From positions 121,892,001-121,956,000 of the forward strand of contig OZ024744.1 in assembly GCA_964016885.1 (NCBI GenBank): a stretch of 64,000 nt of DNA. Reading direction: 5' to 3'. This DNA comes from Eledone cirrhosa. Lineage: Eukaryota. Both the position numbers and the translations under genes were made by a program. The notes beneath the pieces were generated by a model that was not told the origin of the DNA, made no database searches, and was given only the letters and a program-made list of their open reading frames with translations. This document shows, piece by piece, positions 28,600-46,500 of the stretch (its first letter is position 1; each line of letters opens with the position of its first letter).

Positions 28600-31500
28600 T
28601 GACCCAACCATTCTCACACTATCTATCTTCACAACATCCATCACTACATCTATTCCTCTCACCCAGTCACTTTTATACTTCTTCAACACATGACCCAACC
28701 ATCTCACACTATCTCTCTTCACAACATCCATCACTACATCTATTCCTCTCACACTGTCACTTTCATACTTCCTCAACACATGACCCAACCATCTCACACT
28801 ATCTCTCTTCACAACATCCATCACTACCTCTATTCCTCTCACCCAGTTACTTTTATCCTTCCTCAACACATGACCCAATAATCTCACACTATCTCTCTTC
28901 ACAACATCCATTATTACCTCTGTTCCTCTCACCCAGTCACTTTCATACTTCCTCAACACATGACCCAACCATCTCACACTATCTGTCTTCACAACATCCA
29001 TCACTACCTCAATTTCTCTCACCCAGTCACTTTTATCCTTCCTCAACACATGACCCAACCATCTCACACTATCTCTCTTCACGACATCCATCACTACCTC
29101 TATTCTTCTCACCCAGTCACTTTTATCCTTCCTCAACACATGACCCAACCATCTCACACTATCTCTCATTACAACAACCATCACTACCTCTATTCCTCTC
29201 ACCCAGTTACTTTTATCCTTCCTCAACACATGACCCAACCATCTCACACTATCTCTCGTCACAACATCCATTATTACCTCTGTTCCTCTCACCCAGTCAC
29301 TTTCATACTTCCTCAACACATGACCCAACCATCTCACACTATCTCTCTTCACAACATCCATCACTACCTCAATTTCTCTCACCCAGTCACTCTTATCCTT
29401 CCTCAACACATGACCCAACCATCTCACACTATCTCTCTTCACAACATCCATCACTACCTCTATTCCTCTCACCCAGTCACTTTCATACTTCCTCAACACA
29501 TGAGCGAACCGTCTCACACTATCTCTCTTCACAACATCCATCACTACCTCTATTCCTCTCACCCAGTCACTTTTATCCTTCCTCAACACATGACCCAACC
29601 ATCTCACACTATCTCTCTTCACAACATCCATCACTACCTCTATTGCTCTTATCCAGTCACTTTCATAATTCCTGAACACATGACCCAACCATCTCACACT
29701 ATCTCTCTTCACAACATCCATCACTACCTCTATTCCTCTCACCCAGTCACTTTTAACCTTCCTCAACACATGACCCAACCATCTCACACTATCTCTCTTC
29801 ACAACATCCATCACTACCTCTGTTCCTCTCACCCAGTCACATTCATACATCCTCAACACATGACCCACACATCTCAAACTATCTCTCTTCACAACATCCA
29901 TCACTACCTCCATTCCTCTCACCCAGTCACTTGCATACTTCCTCAACACATGACCGAACCATCTCACACTATCTCTCTTCACAACATCCATCACTACCTC
30001 AATTTCTCTCACCCAGTCACTTTTATCCTTCCTCAACACATCACCCAACCATCTCACACTATCTCTCTTCACAACATCCATCACTACCTCTATTCTTCTC
30101 ACCCAGTCACTTTTATCCTTCCTCAACACATGACCCAACCATCCCACACTATCTCTCTTCACAACATCCATCACTACCTCCATTCCTCTCAGCCAGTCAC
30201 ATTCATACTTCCTCAACACATCACCCAGCCATCTCACACTATCTCTCTTCACAACATCCATCACTACGTCTGTTCCTCTCACCCAGTCACTTTTATACTT
30301 CCTCAACACATGACCCAACCATCTCACACTATCTCTCTTCAATACATCCATCACTACCTCCATTCCTCTCAGCCAGTCACTTTTATCCTTTCTCAAATCA
30401 TGACCCAACCATCTCACACTATCTCTCTTCACAACATCCATCACTACCTCTGTTCCTCTCAACCAGTCACATTCATACATCCTCAACACATGACCCAACC
30501 ATCTCACACTATCTCTCTTCACAACATACATCACTACCTCTATTCCTCTCACCCAGTCACTTTTATCCTTCCTCAACACATGAACCAACCATTCTCAAAC
30601 TATCTCTCTTCACAACATCCATCACTACATCTATTCCTCTCACCCATTCACTTTTATACTTCTTCAACACATGACCCAACCATCTCACACTATCTCTCTT
30701 CACAACATCCATCACTACATCTATTCCTCTCACACTGTCACTTTCATACTTCCTCAACACATGACCCAACCATCTCACACTATCTCTCTTCAGAACATCC
30801 ATTACTACCTCTATTCCTCTCACCCAGTCACTTTTATCCTTCCTCAACACATGACCTAACCATCTCACACTATCTCTCTTCACAACATCCATCACTACCT
30901 CCATTCCTCTCAGCCAGTCACTTTTATCCTTCCTCAACACATGAACCAACCATCTCACACTATCTCTCTTCACAACATCCATCACTGCCTCTATTCCTCT
31001 CACCCAGTCACATTCATACTTCCTCAACACATGACCCAACCATCTCACACTATCTCTCTTCACAACATCCATCACTACCTCTATTCCTCTCACACAGTCA
31101 CATTCACACTGCCTCAACACATGACCCAACCATCTCACACTATCTCTCTTCACAACATCCATCACTACCTCTATTCCTCTCACCCAGTCACTTTCATCCT
31201 TCCTCAACACATGACCCAACCATCTCACACTATCTCTCTTCACAACAACCATCACTACCTCTATTCCTCTCAGCCAGTTACTTTTATCCTTCCTCAACAC
31301 ATGACCCAACAATCTCACACTATCTCTCTTCACAACATCCATTATTACCTCTGTTCCTGTCACCCAGTCACTTTTATCCTTCCTCAACACATGACCCAAC
31401 CATCTCACACTATCTCTCTTCACAACATACATCACTACCTCCATTCCCCTCAGCCAGTCACTTTTATCCTTCCTCAACACATGAACCAACCATCTCACAC

Positions 31501-34500
31501 TATCTCACTTCACAACATCCATCACTGCCTCTATTCCTCTCACCCAGTCACATTCTAACTTCCTCAACACATGACCCAACCATCTCACACTATCTCTCTT
31601 CACAACATCCATCACTACCTCTATTCCTCTCACCCAGTCACTTTTTTCCTTCCTCAACACATGACCCAACCATCTCACACTATCTCTCTTCACAACAACC
31701 ATCACTACCTCTATTCCTCTCACCCAGTTACTTTTATCCTTCCTCAACGCATGACCCAATAATCTCACACTATCTCTCTTCACAACATCCATTATTACCT
31801 CTGTTCCTCTCACCCAGTCACTTTCATACTTCCTCAACACATGACCCAACCATCTCACACTATCTGTCTTCACAACATCCATCACTACCTCAATTTCTCT
31901 CACCCAGTCACTTTTATCCTTCCTCAACACATGACCCAACCATCTCACACTATCTCTCTTCACGACATCCATCACTACCTCTATTCTTCTCACCCAGTCA
32001 CTTTTATCCTTCCTCAACACATGACCCAACCATCTCACACTATCTCTCATTACAACAACCATCACTACCTCTATTCCTCTCACCCAGTTACTTTTATCCT
32101 TCCTCAACACCTGACCCAACCATCTCACACTATCTCTCGTCACAACATCCATTATTACCTCTGTTCCTCTCACCCAGTCACTTTCATACTTCCTCAACAC
32201 ATGACCCAACCATCTCACACTATCTCTCTTCACAACATCCATCACTACCTCAATTTCTCTCACCCAGTCACTCTTATCCTTCCTCAACACATGACCCAAC
32301 CATCTCACACTATCTCTCTTCACAACATCCATCACTACCTCTATTCCTCTCACCCAGTCACTTTCATACTTCCTCAACACATGAGCGAACCATCTCACAC
32401 TATCTCTCTTCACAACATCCATCACTACCTCTATTCCTCTCACCCAGTCACTTTTATCCCTCCTCAACACATGACCCAACCATCTCACACTATCTCTCTT
32501 CACAACATCCATCACTACCTCTATTGCTCTTACCCAGTCACTTTCATAATTCCTGAACACATGACCCAACCATCTCACACTATCTCTCTTCACAACATCC
32601 ATCACTACCTCTGTTCCTCTCACCCAGTCACATTCATACATCCTCAACACATGACCCACACATCTCAAACTATCTCTCTTCACAACATCCATCACTACCT
32701 CCATTCCTCTCACCCAGTCACTTGCATACTTCCTCAACACATGACCGAACCATCTCACACTATCTCTCTTCACAACATCCATCACTACCTCTATTCTTCT
32801 CACCCAGTCACTTTTATCCTTCCTCAACACATGACCCAACCATCCCACACTATCTCTCTTCACAACATCCATCACTACCTCCATTCCTCTCAGCCAGTCA
32901 CATTCATACTTCCTCAACACATCACCCAACCATCTCACACTATCTCTCTTCACAACATCCATCACTACGTCTGTTCCTCTCACCCAGTCACTTTTATACT
33001 TCCTCAACACATGACCCAACCATCTCACACTATCTCTCTTCAATACATCCATCACTACCTCCATTCCTCTCAGCCAGTCACTTTTATCCTTTCTCAAATC
33101 ATGACCCAACCATCTCACACTATCTCTCTTCACAACATACATCACTACCTCTGTTCCTCTCAACCAGTCACATTCATACATCCTCAACACATGACCCAAC
33201 CATCTCACACTATCTCTCTTCACAACATACATCACTACCTCTATTCCTCTCACCCAGTCACTTTTATCCTTCCTCAACACATGAACCAACCATTCTCACA
33301 CTATCTCTCTTCACAACATCCATCACTACCTCTATTCCTCTCACCCAGTCACTTCCATACTTCCTCAACACATAACCCAACCATCTCACACTATCTCTCT
33401 TCACAACATTCATCACTACCTCTACTCCTCTCAGCCAGTCACTTTTATCCTTCCTCAACACATGACCCAACCATTCTCAAACTATCTCTCTTCACAACAT
33501 CCATCACTACATCTATTCCTCTCACCCATTCACTTTTATACTTCTTCAACACATGACCCAACCATCTCACACTATCTCTCTTCACAACATCCATCACTAC
33601 ATCTATTCCTCTCACACTGTCACTTTCATACTTCCTCAACACATGACCCAACCATCTCACACTATCTCTCTTCAGAACATCCATTACTACCTCTATTCCT
33701 CTCACCCAGTCACTTTTATCCTTCCTCAACACATGACCTAACCATCTCACACTATCTCTCTTCACAACATCTATCACTACCTCCATTCCTCTCAGCCAGT
33801 CACTTTTATCCTTCCTCAACACATGAACCAACCATCTCACACTATCTCTCTTCACAACATCCATCACTGCCTCTATTCCTCTCACCCAGTCACATTCATA
33901 CTTCCTCAACACATGACCCAACCATCTCACACTATCTCTCTTCACAACATCCATCACTACCTCTATTCCTCTCACACAGTCACATTCACACTGCCTCAAC
34001 ACATGACCCAACCATCTCACACTATCTCTCTTCACAACATCCATCACTACCTCTATTCCTCTCACCCAGTCACTTTCATCCTTCCTCAACACATGACCCA
34101 ACCATCTCACACTATCTCTCTTCACAACAACCATCACTACCTCTATTCCTCTCAGCCAGTTACTTTTATCCTTCCTCAACACATGACCCAACAATCTCAC
34201 ACTATCTCTCTTCACAACATCCATTATTACCTCTGTTCCTGTCACCCAGTCACTTTTATCCTTCCTCAACACATGACCCAACCATCTCACACTATCTCTC
34301 TTCACAACATCCATCACTACCTCTATTCCTCTCACCCAGTCACTTTCATACTTCCTCAACACATGAGCGAACCATCTCACACTATCTCTCTTCACAACAT
34401 CCATCACTACCTCTATTCCTCTCACCCAGTCACTTTTATCCTTCCTCAACACATGACCCAACCATCTCACACTATCTCTCTTCACAACATCCATCACTAC

Positions 34501-37500
34501 CTCTATTGATCTTACCCAGTCACTTTCATAATTCCTGAACACATGACCCAACCATCTCACACTATCTCTCTTCACAACATCCATCACTACCTCTATTCCT
34601 CTCACCCAGTCACTTTTAACCTTCCTCAACACATGACCCAACCATCTCACACTATCTCTCTTCACAACATCCATCACTACCTCTGTTCCTCTCACCCAGT
34701 CACATTCATACATCCTCAACACATGACCCACACATCTCAAACTATCTCTCTTCACAACATCCATCACTACCTCCATTCCTCTCACCCAGTCACTTTCATA
34801 CTTCCTCAACACATGACCGAACCATCTCACACTATCTCTCTTCACAACATCCATCACTACCTCAATTTCTCTCACCCAGTCACTTTTATCCTTCCTCAAC
34901 ACATCACCCAACCATCTCACACTATCTCTCTTCACAACATCCATCACTACCTCTATTCTTCTCACCCAGTCACTTTTATCCTTCCTCAACACATGACCCA
35001 ACCATCCCACACTATCTCTCTTCACAACATCCATCACTACCTCCATTCCTCTCAGCCAGTCACATTCATACTTCCTCAACACATGACCCAACCATCTCAC
35101 ACTATCTCTCTTCACAACATCCATCACTACGTCTGTTCCTTTCACCCTGTCTCTTTCAACCTTCCTCAACACATGACCTAACCATCTCACACTATCCCTC
35201 TTCACAACATCCATCTCTACCTCTATTCCTCTCACCCAGTCACTTTTATACTTCCTCAACACATGACCCAACCATCTCACACTATCTCTCTTCAATACAT
35301 CCATCACTACCTCCATTCCTCTCAGCCAGTCACTTTTATCCTTCCTCAAATCATGACCCAACCATCTCACACTATCTCTCTTCACAACATCCATCACTAC
35401 CTCTGTTCCTCTCAACCAGTCACATTCATACATCCTCAACACATGACCCAACCATCTCACACTATCTCTCTTCACAACATACATCACTACCTCTATTCCT
35501 CTCACCCAGTCACTTTTATCCTTCCTCAACACATGAACCAACCATTCTCACACTATCTCTCTTCACAACATCCATCACTACCTCTATTCCTCTCACCCAG
35601 TCACTTCCATACTTCCTCAACACATAACCCAACCATCTCACACTATCTCTCTTCACAACATCCATCACTACCTCTACTCCTCTCAGCCAGTCACTTTTAT
35701 CCTTCCTCAACACATGACCCAACCATTCTCAAACTATCTCTCTTCACAACATCCATCACTACATCTATTCCTCTCACCCATTCACTTTTATACTTCTTCA
35801 ACACATGACCCAACCATCTCACACTATCTCTCTTCACAACATCCATCACTACATCTATTCCTCTCACACTGTCACTTTCATACTTCCTCAACACATGACC
35901 CAACCATCTCACACTATCTCTCTTCAGAACATCCATTACTACCTCTATTCCTCTCACCCAGTCACTTTTATCCTTCCTCAACACATGACCTAACCATCTC
36001 ACACTATCTCTCTTCACAATATCCATCACTACCTCCATTCCTCTCAGCCAGTCACTTTTATCCTTCCTCAACACATGAACCAACCATCTCACACTATCTC
36101 TCTTCACAACATCCATCACTGCCTCTATTCCTCTCACCCAGTCACATTCATACTTCCTCAACACATGACCCAACCATCTCACACTATCTCTCTTCACAAC
36201 ATCCATCACTACCTCTATTCCTCTCACACAGTCACATTCACACTGCCTCAACACATGACCCAACCATCTCACACTATCTCTCTTCACAACATCCATCACT
36301 ACCTCTATTCCTCTCACCCAGTCACTTTCATCCTTCCTCAACACATGACCCAACCATCTCACACTATCTCTCTTCACAACAACCATCACTACCTTTATTC
36401 CTCTCAGCCAGTTACTTTTATCCTTCCTCAACACATGACCCAACAATCTCACACTATCTCTCTTCACAACATCCATTATTACCTCTGTTCCTGTCACCAA
36501 GTCACTTACATACTTCCTCAACACATGACCCAACCATCTCACACTATCTCTCTTCACAACATCCATCACTACCTCTATTCCTCTCACCCAGTCACTTTTA
36601 TCCTTCCTCAATGTATGACCCAACCATCTCACACTATCTCTCCTCACAACATCCATCACTACCTTCATTCCTCTCAGCCAGTCACTTTTATCCTTTCTCA
36701 ACACATGACCCAACCATCTCACACTATCTCTCTTCACAACATCCATCACTACCTCTATTGCTCTTACCCAGTCACTTTCATACTTCCTGAACACATGACC
36801 CAACCATCTCACACTATCTCTCTTCACAACATCCATCACTACCTCTATTGCTCTTACCCAGTCACTTTCATACTTCCTGAACACATGACCCAACCATCTC
36901 ACACTATCTCTCTTCACAACATCCATCACTACCTCTATTCCTCTCACACAGTCACTTTTATACTTCCTCAACACAGGACCCAACCATCTCACACTATCTC
37001 TCTTCACAACATCCATCACTACCTCTGTTCCTCTCACCCAGTCACATTCATACATCCTCAACACATGACCCACACATCTCAAACTATCTCTCTTCACAAG
37101 ATCCATCACTACCTCTATTCCTCTCACCCAGTCACTTTCATACTTCCTCAAGACATGACCCAACCATCCCACACTATCTCTCTTCACAACATCCATCACT
37201 ACCTCTGTTCCTCTCACCCAGTCACTTTTATCCTGCCTCAACACATGACCCAACCATCTCACACTATCTCTCTTCACAACATCCATCATTACTTCTGTTC
37301 CTCTCATCCAGTCACTTTCATACTTCCTCAACACATGACCCAACCATCTCACACTATCTCTCTTCACAACATTCATCACTACCTCTGTGCCTCTCACCCA
37401 GTCACTTTTATCCTTCCTCAACACATGACCCAACCATCTCACACTATCTCTCTTCACAACATCCATCACTACCTCTATTCCTCTCACCCAGTCACTTTCA

Positions 37501-40500
37501 TACTTCCTCTACACATGAGCCAACCATCTCACACTATCTCTCTTCACAACATCCATCACTACCTCTATTGCTCTTACCCAGTCACTTTCATACTTCCTGA
37601 ACACATGACCCAACCATCTCACACTATCTCTCTTCACAACATCCATCACTGCCTCTATTCCTCTCACACAGTCACTTTTATACTTCCTCAACACAGGACC
37701 CAACCATCTCACACTATCTCTCTTCACAACATCCATCACTACCTCTGTTCCTCTCACCCAGTCACATTAATACATCCTCAACACATGACCCACACATCTC
37801 AAACTATCTCTCTTCACAACATCCATCACTACCTCTATTCCTTTCACCCAGGCACTTTCATACTTCCTCAACACATGACCCAACCATCTCACACTATCTC
37901 TCTTCACAACATCCATCACTACCTCCATTCCTCTCACCCAGTCACTTTTATCCCTCCTCAACACAGGAACCAACCATCTCACACTATCTCTCTTCACAAC
38001 ATCCATCACTACCTCTATTCCTCTCACCCAGTCACTTTCATACTTCCTCAACACATGACCCAACCATCTCACACTATCTCTCTTCACAACATCCATCACT
38101 ACCTCTATTCCTCTCACCCAGTCACTTTCATACTTCCTCAACACATGACCCAACCATCTCACACTATCTCTCTTCACAACATTCATCACTACCTCTGTTC
38201 CTCTCACCCAGTCACTTTTATCCTTCCTCAACACATGACCCAACCATCTAACACTATCTCTCTTCACAACATCCATCACTACCTTCATTCCTCTCAGCCA
38301 GTCACTTTTATCCTTCCTCAACACATGACCCAACCATCTCACACTATCTCTCTTCACAACATCCATCACTACCTCTATTCCTCTCCCCCAGTCACTTTCA
38401 TACTTCCTCTACACATGAGCCAACCATCTCACACTATCTCTCTTCACAACATCCATCACTACCTCTATTGCTCTTACCCAGTCACTTTCATACTTCCTGA
38501 ATACATGACCCAACCATCTCACACTATCTCTCTTCACAACATCCATCACTACCTCTATTCCTCTCACCCAGTCACTTTCATACTTCCTCTACACATGAGC
38601 CAACCATCTCACACTATCTCTCTTCACAACATCCATCACTACCTCTATTCCTCTCACCCAGTCACTTTCATACTTCCTCAAGACATGACCCAACCATCCC
38701 ACACTATCTCTCTTCACAACATCCATCACTACCTCTATTCCTTTCACCCAGGCACTTTCATACTTCCTCAACACATGACTCAACCATCTCACACTATCTC
38801 TCTTCAGAACATCCATTACTACCTCTGTTCCTCTCACCCAGTCACTTTTATACTTCCTCAACACATGACCTAACCATCTCACACTATCTCTCTTCACAAC
38901 ATCTATCACTACCTCCATTCCTCTCAGCCAGTCACTTTTATCCTTCCTCAACACATGAACCAACCATCTCACACTATCTCTCTTCACAACATCCATCACT
39001 GCCTCTATTCCTCTCACCCAGTCACATTCATACTTCCTCAACACATGACCCAACCATCTCACACTATCTCTCTTCACAACATCCATCACTACCTCTATTC
39101 CTCTCACACAGTCACATTCACACTGCCTCAACACATGACCCAACCATCTCACACTATCTCTCTTCACAACATCCATCACTACCTCTATTCCTCTCACCCA
39201 GTCACTTTCATCCTTCCTCAACACATGACCCAACCATCTCACACTATCTCTCTTCACAACAACCATCACTACCTCTATTCCTCTCAGCCAGTTACTTTTA
39301 TCCTTCCTCAACACATGACCCAACAATCTCACACTATCTCTCTTCACAACATCCATTATTACCTCTGTTCCTGTCACCCAGTCACTTTTATCCTTCCTCA
39401 ACACATGACCCAACCATCTCACACTATCTCTCTTCACAACATCCATCACTACCTCTATTCCTCTCACCCAGTCACTTTCATACTTCCTCAACACATGAGC
39501 GAACCATCTCACACTATCTCTCTTCACAACATCCATCACTACCTCTATTCCTCTCACCCAGTCACTTTTATCCTTCCTCAACACATGACCCAACCATCTC
39601 ACACTATCTCTCTTCACAACATCCATCACTACCTCTATTGATCTTACCCAGTCACTTTCATAATTCCTGAACACATGACCCAACCATCTCACACTATCTC
39701 TCTTCACAACATCCATCACTACCTCTATTCCTCTCACCCAGTCACTTTTAACCTTCCTCAACACATGACCCAACCATCTCACACTATCTCTCTTCACAAC
39801 ATCCATCACTACCTCTGTTCCTCTCACCCAGTCACATTCATACATCCTCAACACATGACCCACACATCTCAAACTATCTCTCTTCACAACATCCATCACT
39901 ACCTCCATTCCTCTCACCCAGTCACTTTCATACTTCCTCAACACATGACCGAACCATCTCACACTATCTCTCTTCACAACATCCATCACTACCTCAATTT
40001 CTCTCACCCAGTCACTTTTATCCTTCCTCAACACATCACCCAACCATCTCACACTATCTCTCTTCACAACATCCATCACTACCTCTATTCTTCTCACCCA
40101 GTCACTTTTATCCTTCCTCAACACATGACCCAACCATCCCACACTATCTCTCTTCACAACATCCATCACTACCTCCATTCCTCTCAGCCAGTCACATTCA
40201 TACTTCCTCAACACATGACCCAACCATCTCACACTATCTCTCTTCACAACATCCATCACTACGTCTGTTCCTTTCACCCTGTCTCTTTCAACCTTCCTCA
40301 ACACATGACCTAACCATCTCACACTATCCCTCTTCACAACATCCATCTCTACCTCTATTCCTCTCACCCAGTCACTTTTATACTTCCTCAACACATGACC
40401 CAACCATCTCACACTATCTCTCTTCAATACATCCATCACTACCTCCATTCCTCTCAGCCAGTCACTTTTATCCTTCCTCAAATCATGACCCAACCATCTC

Positions 40501-43500
40501 ACACTATCTCTCTTCACAACATCCATCACTACCTCTGTTCCTCTCAACCAGTCACATTCATACATCCTCAACACATGACCCAACCATCTCACACTATCTC
40601 TCTTCACAACATACATCACTACCTCTATTCCTCTCACCCAGTCACTTTTATCCTTCCTCAACACATGAACCAACCATTCTCACACTATCTCTCTTCACAA
40701 CATCCATCACTACCTCTATTCCTCTCACCCAGTCACTTTCATACTTCCTCAACACATAACCCAACCATCTCACACTATCTCTCTTCACAACATCCATCAC
40801 TACCTCTACTCCTCTCAGCCAGTCACTTTTATCCTTCCTCAACACATGACCCAACCATTCTCAAACTATCTCTCTTCACAACATCCATCACTACATCTAT
40901 TCCTCTCACCCATTCACTTTTATACTTCTTCAACACATGACCCAACCATCTCACACTATCTCTCTTCACAACATCCATCACTACATCTATTCCTCTCACA
41001 CTGTCACTTTCATACTTCCTCAACACATGACCCAACCATCTCACACTATCTCTCTTCAGAACATCCATTACTACCTCTATTCCTCTCACCCAGTCACTTT
41101 TATCCTTCCTCAACACATGACCTAACCATCTCACACTATCTCTCTTCACAACATCCATCACTACCTCCATTCCTCTCAGCCAGTCACTTTTATCCTTCCT
41201 CAACACATGAACCAACCATCTCACACTATCTCTCTTCACAACATCCATCACTGCCTCTATTCCTCTCACCCAGTCACATTCATACTTCCTCAACACATGA
41301 CCCAACCATCTCACACTATCTCTCTTCACAACATCCATCACTACCTCTATTCCTCTCACACAGTCACATTCACACTGCCTCAACACATGACCCAACCATC
41401 TCACACTATCTCTCTTCACAACATCCATCACTACCTCTATTCCTCTCACCCAGTCACTTTCATCCTTCCTCAACACATGACCCAACCATCTCACACTATC
41501 TCTCTTCACAACAACCATCACTACCTTTATTCCTCTCAGCCAGTTACTTTTATCCTTCCTCAACACATGACCCAACAATCTCACACTATCTCTCTTCACA
41601 ACATCCATTATTACCTCTGTTCCTGTCACCAAGTCACTTTCATACTTCCTCAACACATGACCCAACCATCTCACACTATCTCTCTTCACAACATCCATCA
41701 CTACCTCTATTCCTCTCACCCAGTCACTTTTATCCTTCCTCAATGTATGACCCAACCATCTCACACTATCTCTCCTCACAACATCCATCACTACCTCTAT
41801 TCTTCTCACCCAGTCACTTTTATCCTTCCTCAACACATGACCCAACCATCTCACACTATCTCTCATCACAACAACCATCACTACCTCTATTCCTCTCACC
41901 CAGTTACTTTTATCATTCCTCAACACATGACCCAACCATCTCACACTATCTCTCTTCACAACATCCATCATTACTTCTGTTCCTCTCATCCAGTCACTTT
42001 CATACTTCCTCAACACATGACCCAACCATCTCACACTATCTCTCTTCACAACATCCATCACTACCTTCATTCCTCTCAGCCAGTCACTTTTATCCTTTCT
42101 CAACACATGACCCAACCATCTCACACTATCTCTCTTCACAACATCCATCACTACCTCTATTGCTCTTACCCAGTCACTTTCATACTTCCTGAACACATGA
42201 CCCAACCATCTCACACTATCTCTCTTCACAACATCCATCACTACCTCCATTCCTCTCACCCAGTCACTTTTATCCCTCCTCAACACAGGAACCAACCATC
42301 TCACACTATCTCTCTTCACAACATCCATCACTACCTCTATTCCTCTCACCCAGTCACTTTCATACTTCCTCAACACATGACCCAACCATCTCACACTATC
42401 TCTCTTCACAACATCCATCACTACCTCTATTCCTCTCACCCAGTCACTTTCATACTTCCTCAACACATGACCCAACCATCTCACACTATCTCTCTTCACA
42501 ACATTCATCACTACCTCTGTTCCTCTCACCCAGTCACTTTTATCCTTCCTCAACACATGACCCAACCATCTAACACTATCTCTCTTCACAACATCCATCA
42601 CTACCTTCATTCCTCTCAGCCAGTCACTTTTATCCTTCCTCAACACATGACCCAACCATCTCACACTATCTCTCTTCACAACATCCATCACTACCTCTAT
42701 TCCTCTCCCCCAGTCACTTTCATACTTCCTCTACACATGAGCCAACCATCTCACACTATCTCTCTTCACAACATCCATCACTACCTCTATTGCTCTTACC
42801 CAGTCACTTTCATACTTCCTGAATACATGACCCAACCATCTCACACTATCTCTCTTCACAACATCCATCACTACCTCTATTCCTCTCACCCAGTCACTTT
42901 CATACTTCCTCTACACATGAGCCAACCATCTCACACTATCTCTCTTCACAACATCCATCACTACCTCTATTCCTCTCACCCAGTCACTTTCATACTTCCT
43001 CAAGACATGACCCAACCATCCCACACTATCTCTCTTCACAACATCCATCACTACCTCTATTCCTTTCACCCAGGCACTTTCATACTTCCTCAACACATGA
43101 CTCAACCATCTCACACTATCTCTCTTCAGAACATCCATTACTACCTCTGTTCCTCTCACCCAGTCACTTTTATACTTCCTCAACACATGACCTAACCATC
43201 TCACACTATCTCTCTTCACAACATCTATCACTACCTCCATTCCTCTCAGCCAGTCAATTTTATCCTTCCTCAACACATGAACCAACCATCTCACACTATC
43301 TCTCTTCACAACATCCATCACTGCCTCTATTCCTCTCACCCAGTCACATTCATACTTCCTCAACACATGACCCAACCATCTCACACTATCTCTCTTCACA
43401 ACATCCATCACTACCTCTATTCCTCTCACACAGTCACATTCACACTGCCTCAACACATGACCCAACCATCTCACACTATCTCTCTTCACAACATCCATCA

Positions 43501-46500
43501 CTACCTCTATTCCTCTCACCCAGTCACTTTCATCCTTCCTCAACACATGACCCAACCATCTCACACTATCTCTCTTCACAACAACCATCACTACCTCTAT
43601 TCCTCTCAGCCAGTTACTTTTATCCTTCCTCAACACATGACCCAACAATCTCACACTATCTCTCTTCACAACATCCATTATTACCTCTGTTCCTGTCACC
43701 CAGTCACTTTTATCCTTCCTCAACACATGACCCAACCATCTCACACTATCTCTCTTCACAACATCCATCACTACCTCTATTCCTCTCACCCAGTCACTTT
43801 CATACTTCCTCAACACATGAGCGAACCATCTCACACTATCTCTCTTCACAACATCCATCACTACCTCTATTCCTCTCACCCAGTCACTTTTATCCTTCCT
43901 CAACACATGACCCAACCATCTCACACTATCTCTCTTCACAACATCCATCACTACCTCTATTGATCTTACCCAGTCACTTTCATAATTCCTGAACACATGA
44001 CCCAACCATCTCACACTATCTCTCTTCACAACATCCATCACTACCTCTATTCCTCTCACCCAGTCACTTTTAACCTTCCTCAACACATGACCCAACCATC
44101 TCACACTATCTCTCTTCACAACATCCATCACTACCTCTGTTCCTCTCACCCAGTCACATTCATACATCCTCAACACATGACCCACACATCTCAAACTATC
44201 TCTCTTCACAACATCCATCACTACCTCCATTCCTCTCACCCAGTCACTTTCATACTTCCTCAACACATGACCGAACCATCTCACACTATCTCTCTTCACA
44301 ACATCCATCACTACCTCAATTTCTCTCACCCAGTCACTTTTATCCTTCCTCAACACATCACCCAACCATCTCACACTATCTCTCTTCACAACATCCATCA
44401 CTACCTCTATTCTTCTCACCCAGTCACTTTTATCCTTCCTCAACACATGACCCAACCATCCCACACTATCTCTCTTCACAACATCCATCACTACCTCCAT
44501 TCCTCTCAGCCAGTCACATTCATACTTCCTCAACACATGACCCAACCATCTCACACTATCTCTCTTCACAACATCCATCACTACGTCTGTTCCTTTCACC
44601 CTGTCTCTTTCAACCTTCCTCAACACATGACCTAACCATCTCACACTATCCCTCTTCACAACATCCATCTCTACCTCTATTCCTCTCACCCAGTCACTTT
44701 TATACTTCCTCAACACATGACCCAACCATCTCACACTATCTCTCTTCAATACATCCATCACTACCTCCATTCCTCTCAGCCAGTCACTTTTATCCTTCCT
44801 CAAATCATGACCCAACCATCTCACACTATCTCTCTTCACAACATCCATCACTACCTCTGTTCCTCTCAACCAGTCACATTCATACATCCTCAACACATGA
44901 CCCAACCATCTCACACTATCTCTCTTCACAACATACATCACTACCTCTATTCCTCTCACCCAGTCACTTTTATCCTTCCTCAACACATGAACCAACCATT
45001 CTCACACTATCTCTCTTCACAACATCCATCACTACCTCTATTCCTCTCACCCAGTCACTTTCATACTTCCTCAACACATAACCCAACCATCTCACACTAT
45101 CTCTCTTCACAACATCCATCACTACCTCTACTCCTCTCAGCCAGTCACTTTTATCCTTCCTCAACACATGACCCAACCATTCTCAAACTATCTCTCTTCA
45201 CAACATCCATCACTACATCTATTCCTCTCACCCATTCACTTTTATACTTCTTCAACACATGACCCAACCATCTCACACTATCTCTCTTCACAACATCCAT
45301 CACTACATCTATTCCTCTCACACTGTCACTTTCATACTTCCTCAACACATGACCCAACCATCTCACACTATCTCTCTTCACAACATCCATCACTACCTCC
45401 ATTCCTCTCAGCCAGTCACTTTTATCCTTCCTCAACACATGAACCAACCATCTCACACTATCTCTCTTCACAACATCCATCACTGCCTCTATTCCTCTCA
45501 CCCAGTCACATTCATACTTCCTCAACACATGACCCAACCATCTCACACTATCTCTCTTCACAACATCCATCACTACCTCTATTCCTCTCACACAGTCACA
45601 TTCACACTGCCTCAACACATGACCCAACCATCTCACACTATCTCTCTTCACAACATCCATCACTACCTCTATTCCTCTCACCCAGTCACTTTCATCCTTC
45701 CTCAACACATGACCCAACCATCTCACACTATCTCTCTTCACAACAACCATCACTACCTTTATTCCTCTCAGCCAGTTACTTTTATCCTTCCTCAACACAT
45801 GACCCAACAATCTCACACTATCTCTCTTCACAACATCCATTATTACCTCTGTTCCTGTCACCAAGTCACTTTCATACTTCCTCAACACATGACCCAACCA
45901 TCTCACACTATCTCTCTTCACAACATCCATCACTACCTCTATTCCTCTCACCCAGTCACTTTTATCCTTCCTCAATGTATGACCCAACCATCTCACACTA
46001 TCTCTCCTCACAACATCCATCACTACCTCTATTCTTCTCACCCAGTCACTTTTATCCTTCCTCAACACATGACCCAACCATCTCACACTATCTCTCATCA
46101 CAACAACCATCACTACCTCTATTCCTCTCACCCAGTTACTTTTATCATTCCTCAACACATGACCCAACCATCTCACACTATCTCTCTTCACAACATCCAT
46201 CATTACTTCTGTTCCTCTCATCCAGTCACTTTCATACTTCCTCAACACATGACCCAACCATCTCACACTATCTCTCTTCACAACATCCATCACTACCTTC
46301 ATTCCTCTCAGCCAGTCACTTTTATCCTTTCTCAACACATGACCCAACCATCTCACACTATCTCTCTTCACAACATCCATCACTACCTCTATTGCTCTTA
46401 CCCAGTCACTTTCATACTTCCTGAACACATGACCCAACCATCTCACACTATCTCTCTTCACAACATCCATCACTACCTCTATTGCTCTTACCCAGTCACT